Shown piece by piece: positions 1 through 10,704 of a DNA stretch of 64,000 nt. The translations under genes and the position numbers were made by a program. A model generated the notes under the pieces. The model had not been told where the DNA came from and did not search any database. It worked only from the letters and a program-made list of their open reading frames with translations. How positions within the stretch are numbered: position 1 is the first letter of the stretch; each line of letters begins with the position of its first letter. The DNA is from Candidatus Bathyarchaeota archaeon (GTDB lineage Archaea; Thermoproteota; Bathyarchaeia; Bathyarchaeales; Bathycorpusculaceae): assembly GCA_963806535.1 (NCBI GenBank), contig CAWDYC010000004.1:352001-416000 (forward strand), in the 5' to 3' direction.

Positions 1-99
1 AGCACTACTGTGCTCTTAGACCTATTAGTTGTATCAGTATCCTGCGTCGCCATTTTAGCAGTTGGTATAGTGCTGTACGCAAAATACTATAAAATCTGA
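1..99 (+). CDS. 3' end of a gene with a C-terminal membrane anchor (partial)
   Basis: Frame 1 reads STTVLLDLLVVSVSCVAILAVGIVLYAKYYKI-stop (hydrophobic helix, basic tail), followed by a T-rich tract. Confidence 0.6.
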   Translation, partial: STTVLLDLLVVSVSCVAILAVGIVLYAKYYKI

Positions 100-198
100 G
101 CGAAAATCCCCTCTTCTTTTTTTAACACTAACTATTTCCTTGAAAATATCTTCAGATCAATTGTTTTTGATTTCACAAGACTAACATAAGTAGTTGAA

Positions 199-229
199 TG
201 TACGTTTTTGTACTGATAAGCCTTAAATA
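199..229 (+). promoter_or_regulatory. trp promoter with two TRP-box-like hexamers and BRE/TATA
   Basis: TGTACG-TTTT-TGTACT (199-214) immediately upstream of GATAAG-CCTTAAATA. Confidence 0.5.
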
Positions 230-263
230 ATGCATTTCAGTATGCTTCTGAACCATAGGAAGC

Positions 264-1685
264 ATGACAAATGGGGAATCGCCTTTGGCACACAAACAAC
301 AATCACCAAACCAGCTAACCCCCTAAACATAAAGAAAGTCACATTCACCCAACAACCGCTTGAAATTTTTTCAAAACTCCAAAAACAATATCAAACAACC
401 TACCTTTTAGAATCAATCGAAGGACCAAAAAAACTCGCACAATACTCATTCATCGGATTCGACCCAAAAATTACAATTCAAACAAAAAAACAAGAAGCCA
501 AAGTAAAAAATGAAAGAACAAACGAAACGGTCATAGAAAAAACGAGTGACCCGCTAAAACTCATAGAAGATCTCTTAAAATACGAGGCGGCTAAAGACAG
601 CAAGTTCCGTTTTACAGGCGGAGCAGTCGGCTACATTTCTTATGATGCAGTTCGTTATTGGGAAAAACTGCCTGAAAAATCACCGTCTGATTTGGATTTC
701 CCTGACTTGGAAATGGGAATATTCGACGACGGATTCATCTTCAACCATGCTCAAAAAGAAGCATTCTATTATTATCGAGACAGAAAACCGCCTCCCGAAA
801 TAGAAGCGTCTTCTCAAACAAGCAACATACGATGAAGAATTAATTTCATCTCAACCAAAAGTAAACACCAAAAAAGAAACCTTTGAAAAAGCCGTTGAAA
901 AAGCAAAAGATTACATCACAGCAGGCGATATCTTCCAAGTTGTCCTTTCCAAGCGCTATCAACTTGAAATAAATGGCAGCCTAATCCCGTTTTACCAGTC
1001 TCTTCGAACCATTAACCCTTCACCCTACATGTACTTCTACAAATCAGGCGAACATCAAATCGTTGGTTCCAGCCCAGAAATGCTTGTCCGCGTTGAAAAT
1101 CGAACAGTGGAAACTTTTCCAATTGCAGGCACTAAGCCAGTCTCTGACAACCCTGTTGAAAACAGTAGATTAGCTTGTGAATTACTTGCAGACCCAAAAG
1201 AATGTGCCGAGCACGTAATGCTCGTTGATTTGGCACGCAATGATGTTGGCAAAATTTCCAAGTTCGGAAGCGTTCACGTAGCTGAATTCATGAAGGTCCA
1301 CCAATACAGCCATGTGCAACATATCGTCTCGCAAGTGGTGGGTGAGCTAAAAGAAAATCTTCAATGTTATGACGCGTTACACGCTGTCTTTCCTGCTGGA
1401 ACCGTTTCTGGAGCGCCAAAAGTACGGGCGATGGAAATAATTGATGAACTTGAACCGACACGGCGTGGACCTTATGCTGGTGCAGTTGGATACTTTTCAT
1501 ACAATGGCAATGCCGATTTTGCAATAACTATACGCACCCTCTTCGCGGACAAGAACCAAGCATACATTCAGGCTGGTGCAGGCATCGTAGCTGACTCTGT
1601 TCCCGAAAGAGAGTGGTTTGAGACTGACCACAAGGCAAAGGCGTTAATGCAGGCGCTTGAGCGGGCTGGAGGAGCTAAAGCATGA
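264..1685 (+). CDS. trpE: Anthranilate synthase component I, split by several single-base frameshifts (near 320 and 780-810)
   Basis: LLESIEG..YSFIG, FTGGAVGYISYD, AGDIFQVVLS (in the gap between the ORF-track pieces), GSSPEML, EHVMLVDLARND, FPAGTVSGAPK, RGPYAGAVGY; ATG 264 follows AGGAAG. Confidence 0.93.
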
Positions 1686-2269
1686 AGGTAGTTGTGATTG
1701 ATAATTATGATTCGTTTGTTTACAACCTTGTTCAATACATAGGTGAGCTTGGAGCAGAAGTCTTAGTTTACCGCAACAACGAAATAACGCTAAAACAGTT
1801 AACAGAGTTAAATCCTGATCGAATTGTGATTTCTCCAGGACCAGGCACACCTGAAGACGAACGGTACTTTGGCGTCTGCACAAAGATTCTGCTAACCGCG
1901 AGCCAGACAATTCCTACTTTGGGCGTTTGCTTAGGGCACCAAGGTATAATCAACGCTTATGGCGGGAAAATCATCCATGCAAAACGACTCATGCACGGCA
2001 AGACCTGCACAATAAGACACGACCAAAAAGGCATCTTCGTAGGAGTAAGAAACCCCTTCACGGCAACAAGATATCATTCTCTTGCTGGCGAACACTCTTC
2101 AATTCCTTCCTGCCTCGAAATCAGTGCGGAATGCATAGACGATGGGGAAATCATGGCTGTTAGGCACGTTAAATACCCGATTGTAGGGGTGCAGTTCCAT
2201 CCTGAATCGATTCTTTGCGAAGACGGCAAGCTGATAATTAAGAATTTCTTGGAGAATAGGCGGCCATGA
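1682..2269 (+). CDS. trpG: Anthranilate synthase component II (glutamine amidotransferase)
   Basis: IDNYDSF, ISPGPGTP, GVCLGHQ, RYHSL, GVQFHPES. Confidence 0.96.
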   Translation: MKVVVIDNYDSFVYNLVQYIGELGAEVLVYRNNEITLKQLTELNPDRIVISPGPGTPEDERYFGVCTKILLTASQTIPTLGVCLGHQGIINAYGGKIIHAKRLMHGKTCTIRHDQKGIFVGVRNPFTATRYHSLAGEHSSIPSCLEISAECIDDGEIMAVRHVKYPIVGVQFHPESILCEDGKLIIKNFLENRRP

Positions 2270-3327
2270 TTAGAGAAGGTATACAGAAACTCATTGAAGG
2301 TTACAGCTTAACGAGCGGAGAATCAGGTGAAATTATGCGGGAAGTAATATCCGGTAAAGCAACAAACTCGCAAACAGCCGCTTTCCTAACAGCACTGCGC
2401 ATGAAGGGTGAAGCCGTTGAAGAACTCATTGCCTTTGCCCGTGTTATGCGTGAACACAGCAGCCAAATACATCCTCACGTGGAAAGCCGGCTTGTTGACA
2501 CTTGCGGGACAGGCGGAGACAAAATAAAAACATTCAATGTAAGCACGGTAGCCGCATTCGTAATTGCTGGCGCTGGTATAGCAGTTGCTAAACATGGGAA
2601 TAGAGCAGTAACCAGCAAATGCGGAAGCGCCGATGTCTTAGAAAATCTCGGTCTAAAACTGCAGTTGGAACCCAAAGCAGTTGAACGAATTATTGAGAAC
2701 GTTGGCATAGGATTCATGTTTGCCCCAGCTTTTCATCCAGCGATGAAATACGCAGCGGAGCCAAGACAGGAAATCGGAATTCGAACTGTATTCAATCTTC
2801 TGGGTCCATTAACTAATCCTGCATGCGCTAATGCACAATTGCTTGGCGTTTACGATGCCAAACTGACAAGTCCAATGGCTTATGCCCTTCAGCGGTTGGG
2901 CTGTGAAGAAGCCATGGTAGTTCACGGTTTAGATGGCTTGGATGAAGTGTCAACAGTTGGCAAAACAGTTATTGCGCACTTAAGAGGTGGCGAAGTCTGT
3001 GAACTTGAGGTTTCTCCTGACGATTTTGGAGTAAAAACAGCACGCATCAATGACTTAATGGTGACAACACCCGAAGAAAGCGCTGAAATCCTCTTCAAAA
3101 TTCTAAGCGGTAACCTTTCGCATGGTGATCCTAAAATGGAATTTGTGCTTGTTAACAGCGTTGCTGGAATAATGGTTGGTGGAAAAGCAAAAGACTTTGA
3201 AGACGGCATGGAGATCGCTCGTGAATCAATCGAGAGTGGAATGGCTTACGCGAAACTTAAGGATTTGATTAAAGCATCGGGCGGAAGTCTCTCAAAACTT
3301 GAGGAGTTGGAAATAAAATATGAGTGA
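2266..3327 (+). CDS. trpD: Anthranilate phosphoribosyltransferase
   Basis: DTCGTGGD, FNVST, KHGNR, GSADVLE, RTVFNLLGPL, GLDE. Confidence 0.97.
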   Translation: MIREGIQKLIEGYSLTSGESGEIMREVISGKATNSQTAAFLTALRMKGEAVEELIAFARVMREHSSQIHPHVESRLVDTCGTGGDKIKTFNVSTVAAFVIAGAGIAVAKHGNRAVTSKCGSADVLENLGLKLQLEPKAVERIIENVGIGFMFAPAFHPAMKYAAEPRQEIGIRTVFNLLGPLTNPACANAQLLGVYDAKLTSPMAYALQRLGCEEAMVVHGLDGLDEVSTVGKTVIAHLRGGEVCELEVSPDDFGVKTARINDLMVTTPEESAEILFKILSGNLSHGDPKMEFVLVNSVAGIMVGGKAKDFEDGMEIARESIESGMAYAKLKDLIKASGGSLSKLEELEIKYE

Positions 3328-4099
3328 TTTTCTGGATGTACTTGCACGTGTTGCTCAGATAAATATTGAAAGCGAATACTACGACAACGTTATGCCTCTG
3401 GAAAATGTTCGTGTTAGCTTAAAGAAGGCAATTTTAGATTGCAAATTTAATCCTATAATAACTGAAATTAAAGCTGCTTCACCGTCGGCTGGAGTAATCC
3501 GAACAAACATTGATCCAGCCGCGATTGCAAAAGCAATGGAAAGAGGCGGAGCAACAGCATTATCGGTGTTAACGGAGCCAAAACAATTCAGCGGATCCTT
3601 AGAAGCATTGGGGAAAGCGCGAAAAGCCGTAAAGATTCCCATTCTAATGAAAGACATAATCTTAAGCCCAATCCAAATCCAAGCAGCAGCGAAACTTGGA
3701 GCAAACGCCGTCTTGCTAATTAAAGCCCTTTTTGATCGTGGCTATAGCGACAAAACCCTTGAAGAAATGATTACTGGTGCCCACATGCTTGGACTTGAAG
3801 TTTTGCTTGAAACTCACACGGTATCTGAATTTGTCACTGCTTTGCGAACAGATGCAGATCTAATTGGAATAAATAACCGAAACTTGGCGACATTAAAGGT
3901 TGATTTGAATGCTACAAGAGAAATTCTACGATCAATAGATCCAAAAAACAAAGTGGTTGTAAGTGAAAGTGGAATAAAAACAGCAGCGGACATACATTTT
4001 CTGAGTGAAAGCGGTGCATCAGCTTTCCTAATTGGTTCAGCCATAATGTTAAGCGATAATATCGAAGAAAAAGTAAAGGAGTTTGTGAATGCAAAATGA
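3320..4099 (+). CDS. trpC: Indole-3-glycerol phosphate synthase
   Basis: [36 protein letters not shown]. Confidence 0.97.
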   Translation: MSDFLDVLARVAQINIESEYYDNVMPLENVRVSLKKAILDCKFNPIITEIKAASPSAGVIRTNIDPAAIAKAMERGGATALSVLTEPKQFSGSLEALGKARKAVKIPILMKDIILSPIQIQAAAKLGANAVLLIKALFDRGYSDKTLEEMITGAHMLGLEVLLETHTVSEFVTALRTDADLIGINNRNLATLKVDLNATREILRSIDPKNKVVVSESGIKTAADIHFLSESGASAFLIGSAIMLSDNIEEKVKEFVNAK

Positions 4100-5292
4100 A
4101 AATAACCAATTATCCCGTTGATGGCAAATACGGGAAATATGGTGGGCGTTTTGTTCCTGAAGTCTTGATGGAAGCAATTAAGGAACTGGAAGAAGCTTAC
4201 GACACAGCATGCAAAGATCCTAGTTTCCAGAAAGAGATAGATTATTATCTAGCGGAATTCGTAGGACGCCCAACCCCGCTTTACTTCGCAGAAAACTTAA
4301 CCCGCAAACTTGGAGGCGCCAAAATTTACCTCAAACGCGAAGACTTAGCCCACGGTGGAGCACACAAAATAAACAACACCATAGGACAGGCGTTATTGGC
4401 TAAACGGATGGGTAAAACCCGTATTATCGCCGAGACGGGCGCAGGACAACATGGTGTTGCCACAGCCATTGCCTGCGCAGCTTTAGGCTTGAAAGCCGAG
4501 ATTTACATGGGTACAGAAGACTGCGAAAGGCAACGCCTGAACGTTTTCAGAATGAAACTTCTAAATGCGCAGGTACATCCAGTTGAAACTGGCTCAAAAA
4601 CCCTAAAAGACTCCATAAACGAAGCCTTTCGCGATTGGGTTACAAACCTTGAAAACACCTATTACTTAATCGGCTCAGTTGTTGGGCCTCACCCTTACCC
4701 AATGATTGTCAGGGATTTCCAAAGCGTGATCGGCAAAGAACTCAAAACACAATTCTGTAAAAAAGAAGGCAAACTCCCTGACGCATTGATAGCATGTGTA
4801 GGCGGTGGAAGCAACGCTATGGGCACTTTCTATCCCTTCGAAGACGATGAATCGGTCAAACTTTATGGAGTGGAAGCTGCTGGCGAAGGCTTAGAAACAG
4901 GCAAACACGCTGCATCGCTTGGTGCAGGAGCAGAAGGCGTCTTCCACGGCATGCTAACTTACGTTCTTCAAGATAGCAATGGGCAAATACAGAACACAAG
5001 CAGCGTTTCTGCAGGCTTAGACTATCCAGGCGTTGGACCCGAACATAGCTTCCTAAAAACACTCAAACGGGCCCAATACGTGTCAGCCACAGACAAGGAA
5101 GCCGTTGAAGCATTTCTGGTCTTATGTAAAGAAGAAGGGATTCTTCCTGCATTGGAATCGTCACATGCTGTGGCCTACGCAATGAAACTCGCGCCAAAAA
5201 TGAAGAAAGCGCAATCAATTGTCGTAACTTTGTCTGGACGGGGAGACAAAGATGTGGAAACCATAGCGGATTACATAGGGGCGAAAATATGA
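4096..5292 (+). CDS. trpB: Tryptophan synthase beta chain (TrpB1 type)
   Basis: [54 protein letters not shown]. Confidence 0.98.
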   Translation: MKITNYPVDGKYGKYGGRFVPEVLMEAIKELEEAYDTACKDPSFQKEIDYYLAEFVGRPTPLYFAENLTRKLGGAKIYLKREDLAHGGAHKINNTIGQALLAKRMGKTRIIAETGAGQHGVATAIACAALGLKAEIYMGTEDCERQRLNVFRMKLLNAQVHPVETGSKTLKDSINEAFRDWVTNLENTYYLIGSVVGPHPYPMIVRDFQSVIGKELKTQFCKKEGKLPDALIACVGGGSNAMGTFYPFEDDESVKLYGVEAAGEGLETGKHAASLGAGAEGVFHGMLTYVLQDSNGQIQNTSSVSAGLDYPGVGPEHSFLKTLKRAQYVSATDKEAVEAFLVLCKEEGILPALESSHAVAYAMKLAPKMKKAQSIVVTLSGRGDKDVETIADYIGAKI

Positions 5293-6101
5293 ACGCAATA
5301 AATGAAGCGTTTCAAAAAGCCAAAGCTAAAGGCAATGGAGCACTCATCGGCTACATTATGGCTGGAGACCCAAAACCAGAGCTGACGCCCAAAATTGCTG
5401 ACGCCCTAATCGACGGCGGTGTTGATATTTTGGAATTGGGGTTGCCTTTTTCTGACCCGATTGCCGATGGGCCAACAATTCAAGCTGCAAGCGTACGTTC
5501 CCTAGCCGCAGGAACAACACCTGTCAAAGTGCTAGAGATTGCTAAAGAGATTCGTCAAAGACGCAATGTGCCTATAGTAATAATGACCTATTTCAACCCA
5601 GTATTCAGGATGGGGCTGGAGAACTTTTTCGCCTTAGCTAAAAAAAGCCTGGTTGACGGCGTCATCGTTCCAGATTTACCAGTTGAAGAAGCCTCTGAAT
5701 ACGTGAAAATCGCACGCAAATCTGACATAGACACAATTTTTCTGGCTGCACCATCTACCTCTAATGAACGGCTAACAAAGATTGTTGAGTGTTCTTCGGG
5801 TTTTCTGTATCTTGTTTCTCACTTCGGCGTTACGGGCGCACAATCAACCGTTGAGGATTCAACGATTCAGCTCGTGAAGCGAGTTTTGCCCTTCACATCT
5901 GGCAAGATCCCATTAGCAGTTGGGTTCGGCATCTCAAAACCTGAGCATGTAAAACGAATTATCGCATCTGGGGCGGACGGAGTAATTGTTGGGAGCGCCT
6001 TCATCAACATAATTAGTCAGCATCAGGAAAACATGTGTATTCTCTTAAAGAAAATAGAAACAACTGCAACTTCACTTGAAAAAGCAACCAAAACCGCTTG
6101 A
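5289..6101 (+). CDS. trpA: Tryptophan synthase alpha chain
   Basis: [45 protein letters not shown]. Confidence 0.98.
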   Translation: MNAINEAFQKAKAKGNGALIGYIMAGDPKPELTPKIADALIDGGVDILELGLPFSDPIADGPTIQAASVRSLAAGTTPVKVLEIAKEIRQRRNVPIVIMTYFNPVFRMGLENFFALAKKSLVDGVIVPDLPVEEASEYVKIARKSDIDTIFLAAPSTSNERLTKIVECSSGFLYLVSHFGVTGAQSTVEDSTIQLVKRVLPFTSGKIPLAVGFGISKPEHVKRIIASGADGVIVGSAFINIISQHQENMCILLKKIETTATSLEKATKTA

Positions 6102-6167
6102 ATCTTCAAATTTTATTCCAGATTTCTTGACAAAGAATTTTAATAATTATTTAGCCGATTGATAGTC

Positions 6168-6386
6168 ATGAAAAATTCTGAATGCACAATCTACATAATG
6201 TTCAAAGATAGTTGGTTACAGAAGTTTAGAAAGGAAGAAGATGGCTGGAAAGAATACAGTCGAAACGGCACCGTTCGTTCATGTACTGCGGAACAATTTA
6301 TCTCCCATATCCTTCCGCCTTTAGCTGGAATAAAAGGACCAAACGTTACTGTCAAGATTGAACTCGACGCCAAGATTGAAATTTAG
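6168..6386 (+). CDS. Small hypothetical protein
   Basis: Open frame with ATG after an AT-rich promoter-like tract; no motif recognised. Confidence 0.55.
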   Translation: MKNSECTIYIMFKDSWLQKFRKEEDGWKEYSRNGTVRSCTAEQFISHILPPLAGIKGPNVTVKIELDAKIEI

Positions 6387-6811
6387 CATGCTAAAGTTCT
6401 GCTGTTTTCAAAATTTTGGTGAACGTAATGTAGTGATTGTTGCCTTATACTTATTTTTTTTAATGTTTCAACATATGTCAACATAGTTTCATGTACCGGG
6501 GGGTCACTTGGCGTTTATTTATGAAAAGTTGGAAATCCTTACCCTTTATAAGTAGAGGTACCATGGGTGAACTTGATTTCATGATCCGCGGGGGTCTATC
6601 GTTTGTTGTTTTTGAAATATGAAGCCCTCTTTTCTCATTATATAAACTATTTACGTTTGCTTAATATGAACTCTGGATGTTCTTCGAAGGTTCTTGTTGT
6701 TGAGTTGATGGCGTTAGAGCGGTTGGGCGGTTGTGGGTGTGGTTATGCAGTCACAGAGTCTTAAAGGCACGACTTTACAGAAGTAAAACGGTGTTTATAT
6801 TGGAAAAAACC

Positions 6812-7081
6812 ATGATGAAATATCAAGTTTTAATCAAAACGATATCAGGAAAAGGCGGCGAATTCTGGGAAGCCTTCAAAAAAATGCCTACCGAACCAAT
6901 GAAAGGAGTAATGATTGAATCTTCGTGGAGTTTGTTTGGATACTGGGATTTCGTCATTTTCTTCAAAGCCGACACAAACGACAATAGCCTGCACTTCGTA
7001 GGCGAAATCTTACGAGCAATGCCTGGCATCGCCGAAACCAGCACATCACCAATGACAATGCTTAAAGAGCACATGATGTAA
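6812..7081 (+). CDS. GYD / Lrp-AsnC ligand-binding (RAM)-like small protein
   Basis: 89 aa ferredoxin-like pattern ESSWSLFGYWDFVIFF..GIAETST; T-rich terminator follows. Confidence 0.65.
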   Translation: MMKYQVLIKTISGKGGEFWEAFKKMPTEPMKGVMIESSWSLFGYWDFVIFFKADTNDNSLHFVGEILRAMPGIAETSTSPMTMLKEHMM

Positions 7082-7100
7082 ATAGGCAACTTTCTTCGCC

Positions 7101-7124
7101 TGTTTTCTTTTTTCTTTTTCTTTC
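7101..7124 (+). terminator. Archaeal oligo-T terminator
   Basis: TGTTTTCTTTTTCTTTTTCTTTC about 20 nt after the stop at 7081. Confidence 0.5.
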
Positions 7125-7188
7125 AAAATCAACTCCGCTGCCAGTTACTTAAAACCAGCACTTTTCTAAGCATCATTTCAGAAACCCA

Positions 7189-7329
7189 GTCAAAAAGTGT
7201 CTAATAACTAGTCGACAATATACGTCTTAACAGAGTCATTTAAACTGGTCTAACAATGGTCACATACAGTCGCAACCTGCAAACACTGCAAACCCTAAAT
7301 CAGAAAAGCAACCTAAAACACAAACAACA
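7189..7329 (-). repeat. Dispersed element copy A: 59-nt head ending TGCAGGTTGCG plus phased GAC repeats
   Basis: Reverse complement of 7271-7329 aligns without gaps to the heads at 16028, 61330, 61520 and 62017; GAC recurs 8 times at 10-13 nt spacing. Confidence 0.8.
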
Positions 7330-7406
7330 AAATTCGCTCAAAAATCAGAACAACAGCCCTCACACCTGCGAAAGACTTAAAGTGTGTTCCGTGCCTTTAG
7401 TTTTCG

Positions 7407-7724
7407 GCGGTGGATCTTAGGCGGTGGGGTAGGGGTCCATTGTACCGTAAACCCTCTATACGACGGGCTGACATCTGCGGATGAGGCGCCGAAGGCCGTT
7501 TGGATCTTCATTTCCGAAACATTGACTATCCGTCCTTTGGGGCTGGCGGTCAATGAGCAGCTTCCGTAGGGGAGTTGTTTCGTTGTTCTACCAGGCGAAC
7601 CCGGCTAGGCTCGGGAGAGAGCAACCTAAGTTTGGACGTTATGCGCTCAAGGGGGTGCGGGTAAGAGCGTAGGGCTTGAGGCTTTCAGGCGGAGTCTGGG
7701 CGTCAAACCGCAGTGGTCCACCGC
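7407..7724 (+). ncRNA. ffs: Archaeal signal recognition particle (7S) RNA
   Basis: GC-rich 318 nt; ends pair (GCGGTGGA / TCCACCGC); helix 6 GAGCAGCTTCC-GTAG-GGGAGTTGTTTC; helix 8 SRP54 motif CTAGGCTC-GGGA-GAGAGCAACC. Confidence 0.93.
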
Positions 7725-7803
7725 TACTAATTTTCCAATTTAACGTTGAACTCAAAAACGATTATTGAAACATCAAATAGAATTAACTAACTTATACCAA
7801 CTA

Positions 7804-8072
7804 TTAAATTATTTTTGAGAAGTCATCATAAACATTTTTTCGATGCCCGATAAAAATAATGACCACTTCTTTTTTCTCTCTGTCAATCTCATAAATAGTC
7901 CTGTGATCATCTCTCCTTAAACTCCAAAAGTTTGAAGAATGCAGATGTTTCCCAACTTTAATGGGTCAACAGCAAGTTCTCCAAGCGCCGCCTTAATTCG
8001 CACTTTATCTGGGGTATCAAGTTTTTGCAGTGCCTTAGCAACCTTAGGATGCAAAAGTACTTTAAAGGTCAT
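7804..8072 (-). CDS. RelE/ParE family toxin (one frameshift near 7960)
   Basis: MTFKVLLHPKVAKALQKLD..RIKAALGELAVDP / GKHL..FWSLRRDDHRTIYEID..VVIIFIGHRKNVYD; absent from the ORF track. Confidence 0.8.
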
Positions 8073-8083
8073 TTAAGCTTCCT

Positions 8084-8290
8084 CTAAAAGAATACGCTTA
8101 TCGGATGTTCTTTGTTTTCTTGGCTTCTCTTGAGGAGCATTTGGTAGAACTTGCGCGTTTCTTCTCGTTCTTCATACAAACTTATTATAGTTTTTATAGC
8201 GTCGCTTCTGCTCTTGAATTTGCCTTCTGCTACCCACCGGTCAATCTCTTCCACCGTTTTTTCGGGTAATCTAAGCTGAACTTGAGCCAT
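8084..8290 (-). CDS. CopG/ribbon-helix-helix antitoxin
   Basis: MAQVQLRLPE..EIDRWVAEGKFKSRSDAIK RHH signature; directly upstream of the toxin; 3' end probably frameshifted. Confidence 0.8.
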   Translation of the reverse strand: MAQVQLRLPEKTVEEIDRWVAEGKFKSRSDAIKTIISLYEEREETRKFYQMLLKRSQENKEHPISVFF

Positions 8291-8351
8291 AATATTCACT
8301 GTAAACAATACTGTTTACTTTAACACTCAAATCCCTTCAAAAAACTTGAAA

Positions 8352-8882
8352 TTACTTGGACTCGTCGAGGCTTTTCTTGTAGAGGGCCTTGTCGATTACT
8401 CTTACATCTAGATTTTGTTTGGCCGCTGTTTTCCTGATTGCCTCCAGAAGTTTTAGGTAGTTTTGAGATGTTAGCATGTTTGGTGGAGGATTGCCCAGCA
8501 GGGCTTTCCATGTTGCAGCGTCAAGAATGGCATATTGTTTGGGGTCAAAAAACGCTAGGATAACGCTGGCTAAAACAGGGTTTATGCCTTCTAAGCAGCG
8601 TAAGGCAATTCATTCGGTAGCCATCTTCGCAAGAAGGAATGCTCAAGGCTTGGCTTGAAAGTCGATTAACCGTTGCCTCCTCATTTCGGGAAACTAAGTC
8701 TAAAACCCGAGTTTTCTTCTCTGGTTCATCTTTAAACTTCCATTCAACAACCTGCGCCAAATCGGCCTTTGTTAACACTTTAGCTCTTCGGAATTTAGCG
8801 CCCAACTCTCGTTCCTTCTGCGCCTGCCAACCAAGCTTTTTTCGTATTTGCGGCTCCACATCAAAAAAGCAGCTTTATCCAC
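8352..8882 (-). CDS. HhH-GPD-like (DNA glycosylase fold) protein with about 3 frameshifts
   Basis: Reconstructed MDKAAFLMWSRKYEK..LTKADLAQVVEWKF..LTLLEGINPVLASVILAFFDPKQYAILD..YLKLLEAIR..VRVIDKALY. Confidence 0.65.
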
Positions 8883-8969
8883 ACAATTCAACCTTACAAT
8901 GCATAATTGAGAACTGGATACATTTTTGCCTTTGCCTAAAAATCATGGAAACAAATAGAAAATAATGGG

Positions 8970-9095
8970 TTAGTTTTGGTCTACCAGATGCGCTGTTCCG
9001 TCAGGACAATATACTTTCTCATCTTTGTTTACTCGCCTGTAGCGTTCACTGCACATGTGCAGCAGGCTGCAGCCGTCGCAATCTCTACTCAGCAT
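8970..9095 (-). CDS. 41-aa Cys/His-rich microprotein (putative zinc finger)
   Basis: MLSRDCDGCSLLHMCSERYRRVNKDEKVYCPDGTAHLVDQN with strong AGGAGG Shine-Dalgarno upstream. Confidence 0.7.
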   Translation of the reverse strand: MLSRDCDGCSLLHMCSERYRRVNKDEKVYCPDGTAHLVDQN

Positions 9096-9186
9096 ATTTT
9101 TTTCGCCTCCTTGTTAGGTCTTTTTGCATGGGTGAATTTTGCTTATAAGACTATGTAACATGCATGTGTATACGTAGGTAAACACG

Positions 9187-9312
9187 TTAGCGACCCTTTT
9201 TATGTGCCAAACATGTTTTGTAGGCTATGCAGTCTTCCGAGCAGGGAGCGGCTGTTTTGGTTTGGCAATCCAAGACAATGGTTCTGTACATGCTTAAGTC
9301 GCCTTGCCCCAT
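9187..9312 (-). CDS. Four-Cys microprotein (41 aa, or 34 aa from ATG 9291)
   Basis: MGQGDLSMYRTIVLDCQTKTAAPCSEDCIAYKTCLAHKKGR; tandem with the previous microprotein. Confidence 0.5.
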   Translation of the reverse strand: MGQGDLSMYRTIVLDCQTKTAAPCSEDCIAYKTCLAHKKGR

Positions 9313-9651
9313 TTTGCTCTTAGAGGATGCGTAACGCGGGAATGGCTATACCAAATAAACTTGAAGGGTAAAGCAACTAAACCTGCACAAACCATTCTTG
9401 GTAATGCTAAATCCAACATGCCGATTTCGCCTTTGTTGTTTTGCTCTGAACTAAATATGTTTACTTTTAGGATATAAAGCGATTTGAGAAATGTTCATAA
9501 TTATTATTAAAAAGTGTGCAAACATCAAAAAATCACATAAGAATTACAATAACTGAATGATATAGTAACAAAAACATGACAAAAGATTTACACTCATTCA
9601 GAAAGATGAATAATTATGTAGTTCAATAATAATACATTACAAGATGATCCT

Positions 9652-9987
9652 TTGAGTTGCAACCAAGAAAATAAACAAAAAACAAATAGCTTCTACTTTC
9701 AAGAAATCGACCAAATAATTGTTTTTCAAAGCTGTGGAAAACAAGGTAAATATGTAACATACAAAATACAACTAAAAAGCAAGGAAAAAGCAAAGCATAT
9801 TGGAGACTTAGTAGTTCTTGGCGAGTTTTTAGAAAGTGAAAAAGTAGATCGTAATTATCCGCTTACTGTGGGTTACTATAAGGATTTTTCAGGAGAGGGA
9901 GCAAACTTTAAGCCTGAGTACTTGGAGTTGCGAAAAATTCGTTTTATTGAAGAATTTTGGCTTTTCCTTAATGCTTGTGATGTCTAA
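9652..9987 (+). CDS. Hypothetical protein
   Basis: 111-aa AT-rich ORF, no motif recognised. Confidence 0.5.
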   Translation: MSCNQENKQKTNSFYFQEIDQIIVFQSCGKQGKYVTYKIQLKSKEKAKHIGDLVVLGEFLESEKVDRNYPLTVGYYKDFSGEGANFKPEYLELRKIRFIEEFWLFLNACDV

Positions 9988-10069
9988 TTGTTGTTGCTTT
10001 GAAATTACATTTTTATTTTCTATTAAAAATCTAAAAAACGTTATGAAGGAAGTTGCCGAAAAAGGCATT

Positions 10070-10582
10070 CTAAACTTTACCCTCGACCCGAACTATAGGT
10101 TTGCCCATAATATCTCGCATTGTAGCCGCTACTTCAAATGGTTTACGAACGAACAACAGCTTAGTCTCGCGTTCACCTTGAGAGTTAACCGTTATATCTC
10201 CATAGCCGAAGATTCTGCCGCCAATCGACTGGTCTACCAATAAATCGCCAAATCCCGATGGCGTAACAACGAAAGAATGCAACCTAATGATACCTTGGCG
10301 AATTTCTAATCCATCCTGCCGCAGCACATACGAGTGAGAAAGTCGAAAAATCAATAATTCTAACAGGCTAACTAGCCAAATAATGATAAAGGCCACCACG
10401 GTCCAGGCAAAAATCGGTAAACCAATCAAATGCGAATAGGCTATGCCTGAGTAAATTTCAAGCCAGACAAATATTATTAGAAAAACAAAAACAGTGATTG
10501 TTCGTAAAATGGCTGCTGGTACAATCCACGGCTTTCCAGACCAAACCACACTGCCCTGACCAACGTGTTTATCAGAAGACAA
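10070..10582 (-). CDS. PH domain (bPH_2-like) membrane protein
   Basis: Two TM helices then Y.L....LEIRQGII and VDQSIGGRIFGYGDITV. Confidence 0.75.
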   Translation of the reverse strand: MSSDKHVGQGSVVWSGKPWIVPAAILRTITVFVFLIIFVWLEIYSGIAYSHLIGLPIFAWTVVAFIIIWLVSLLELLIFRLSHSYVLRQDGLEIRQGIIRLHSFVVTPSGFGDLLVDQSIGGRIFGYGDITVNSQGERETKLLFVRKPFEVAATMRDIMGKPIVRVEGKV

Positions 10583-10704
10583 CTAAAACACAACCATTAG
10601 GCAATAAGCAAAAAAACCTATTTAAGCATTCAGCCCTAAGACGCCGAACACGCGAGTCCTACAGTTTAAGAAAATAGATGGGCGAAGTTGTTTAAAAGAA
10701 AACT

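Noticed and set aside
6487-6600. Two TTTCATG..CCG(C)GGGGGTC motifs, considered as ORB/origin boxes
   Set aside because: They lack the TCCA..GAAAC ORB core and no cdc6 is nearby; two loose copies are insufficient
7384-7569. 61-aa ORF in the track
   Set aside because: Lies over the SRP RNA; shadow ORF
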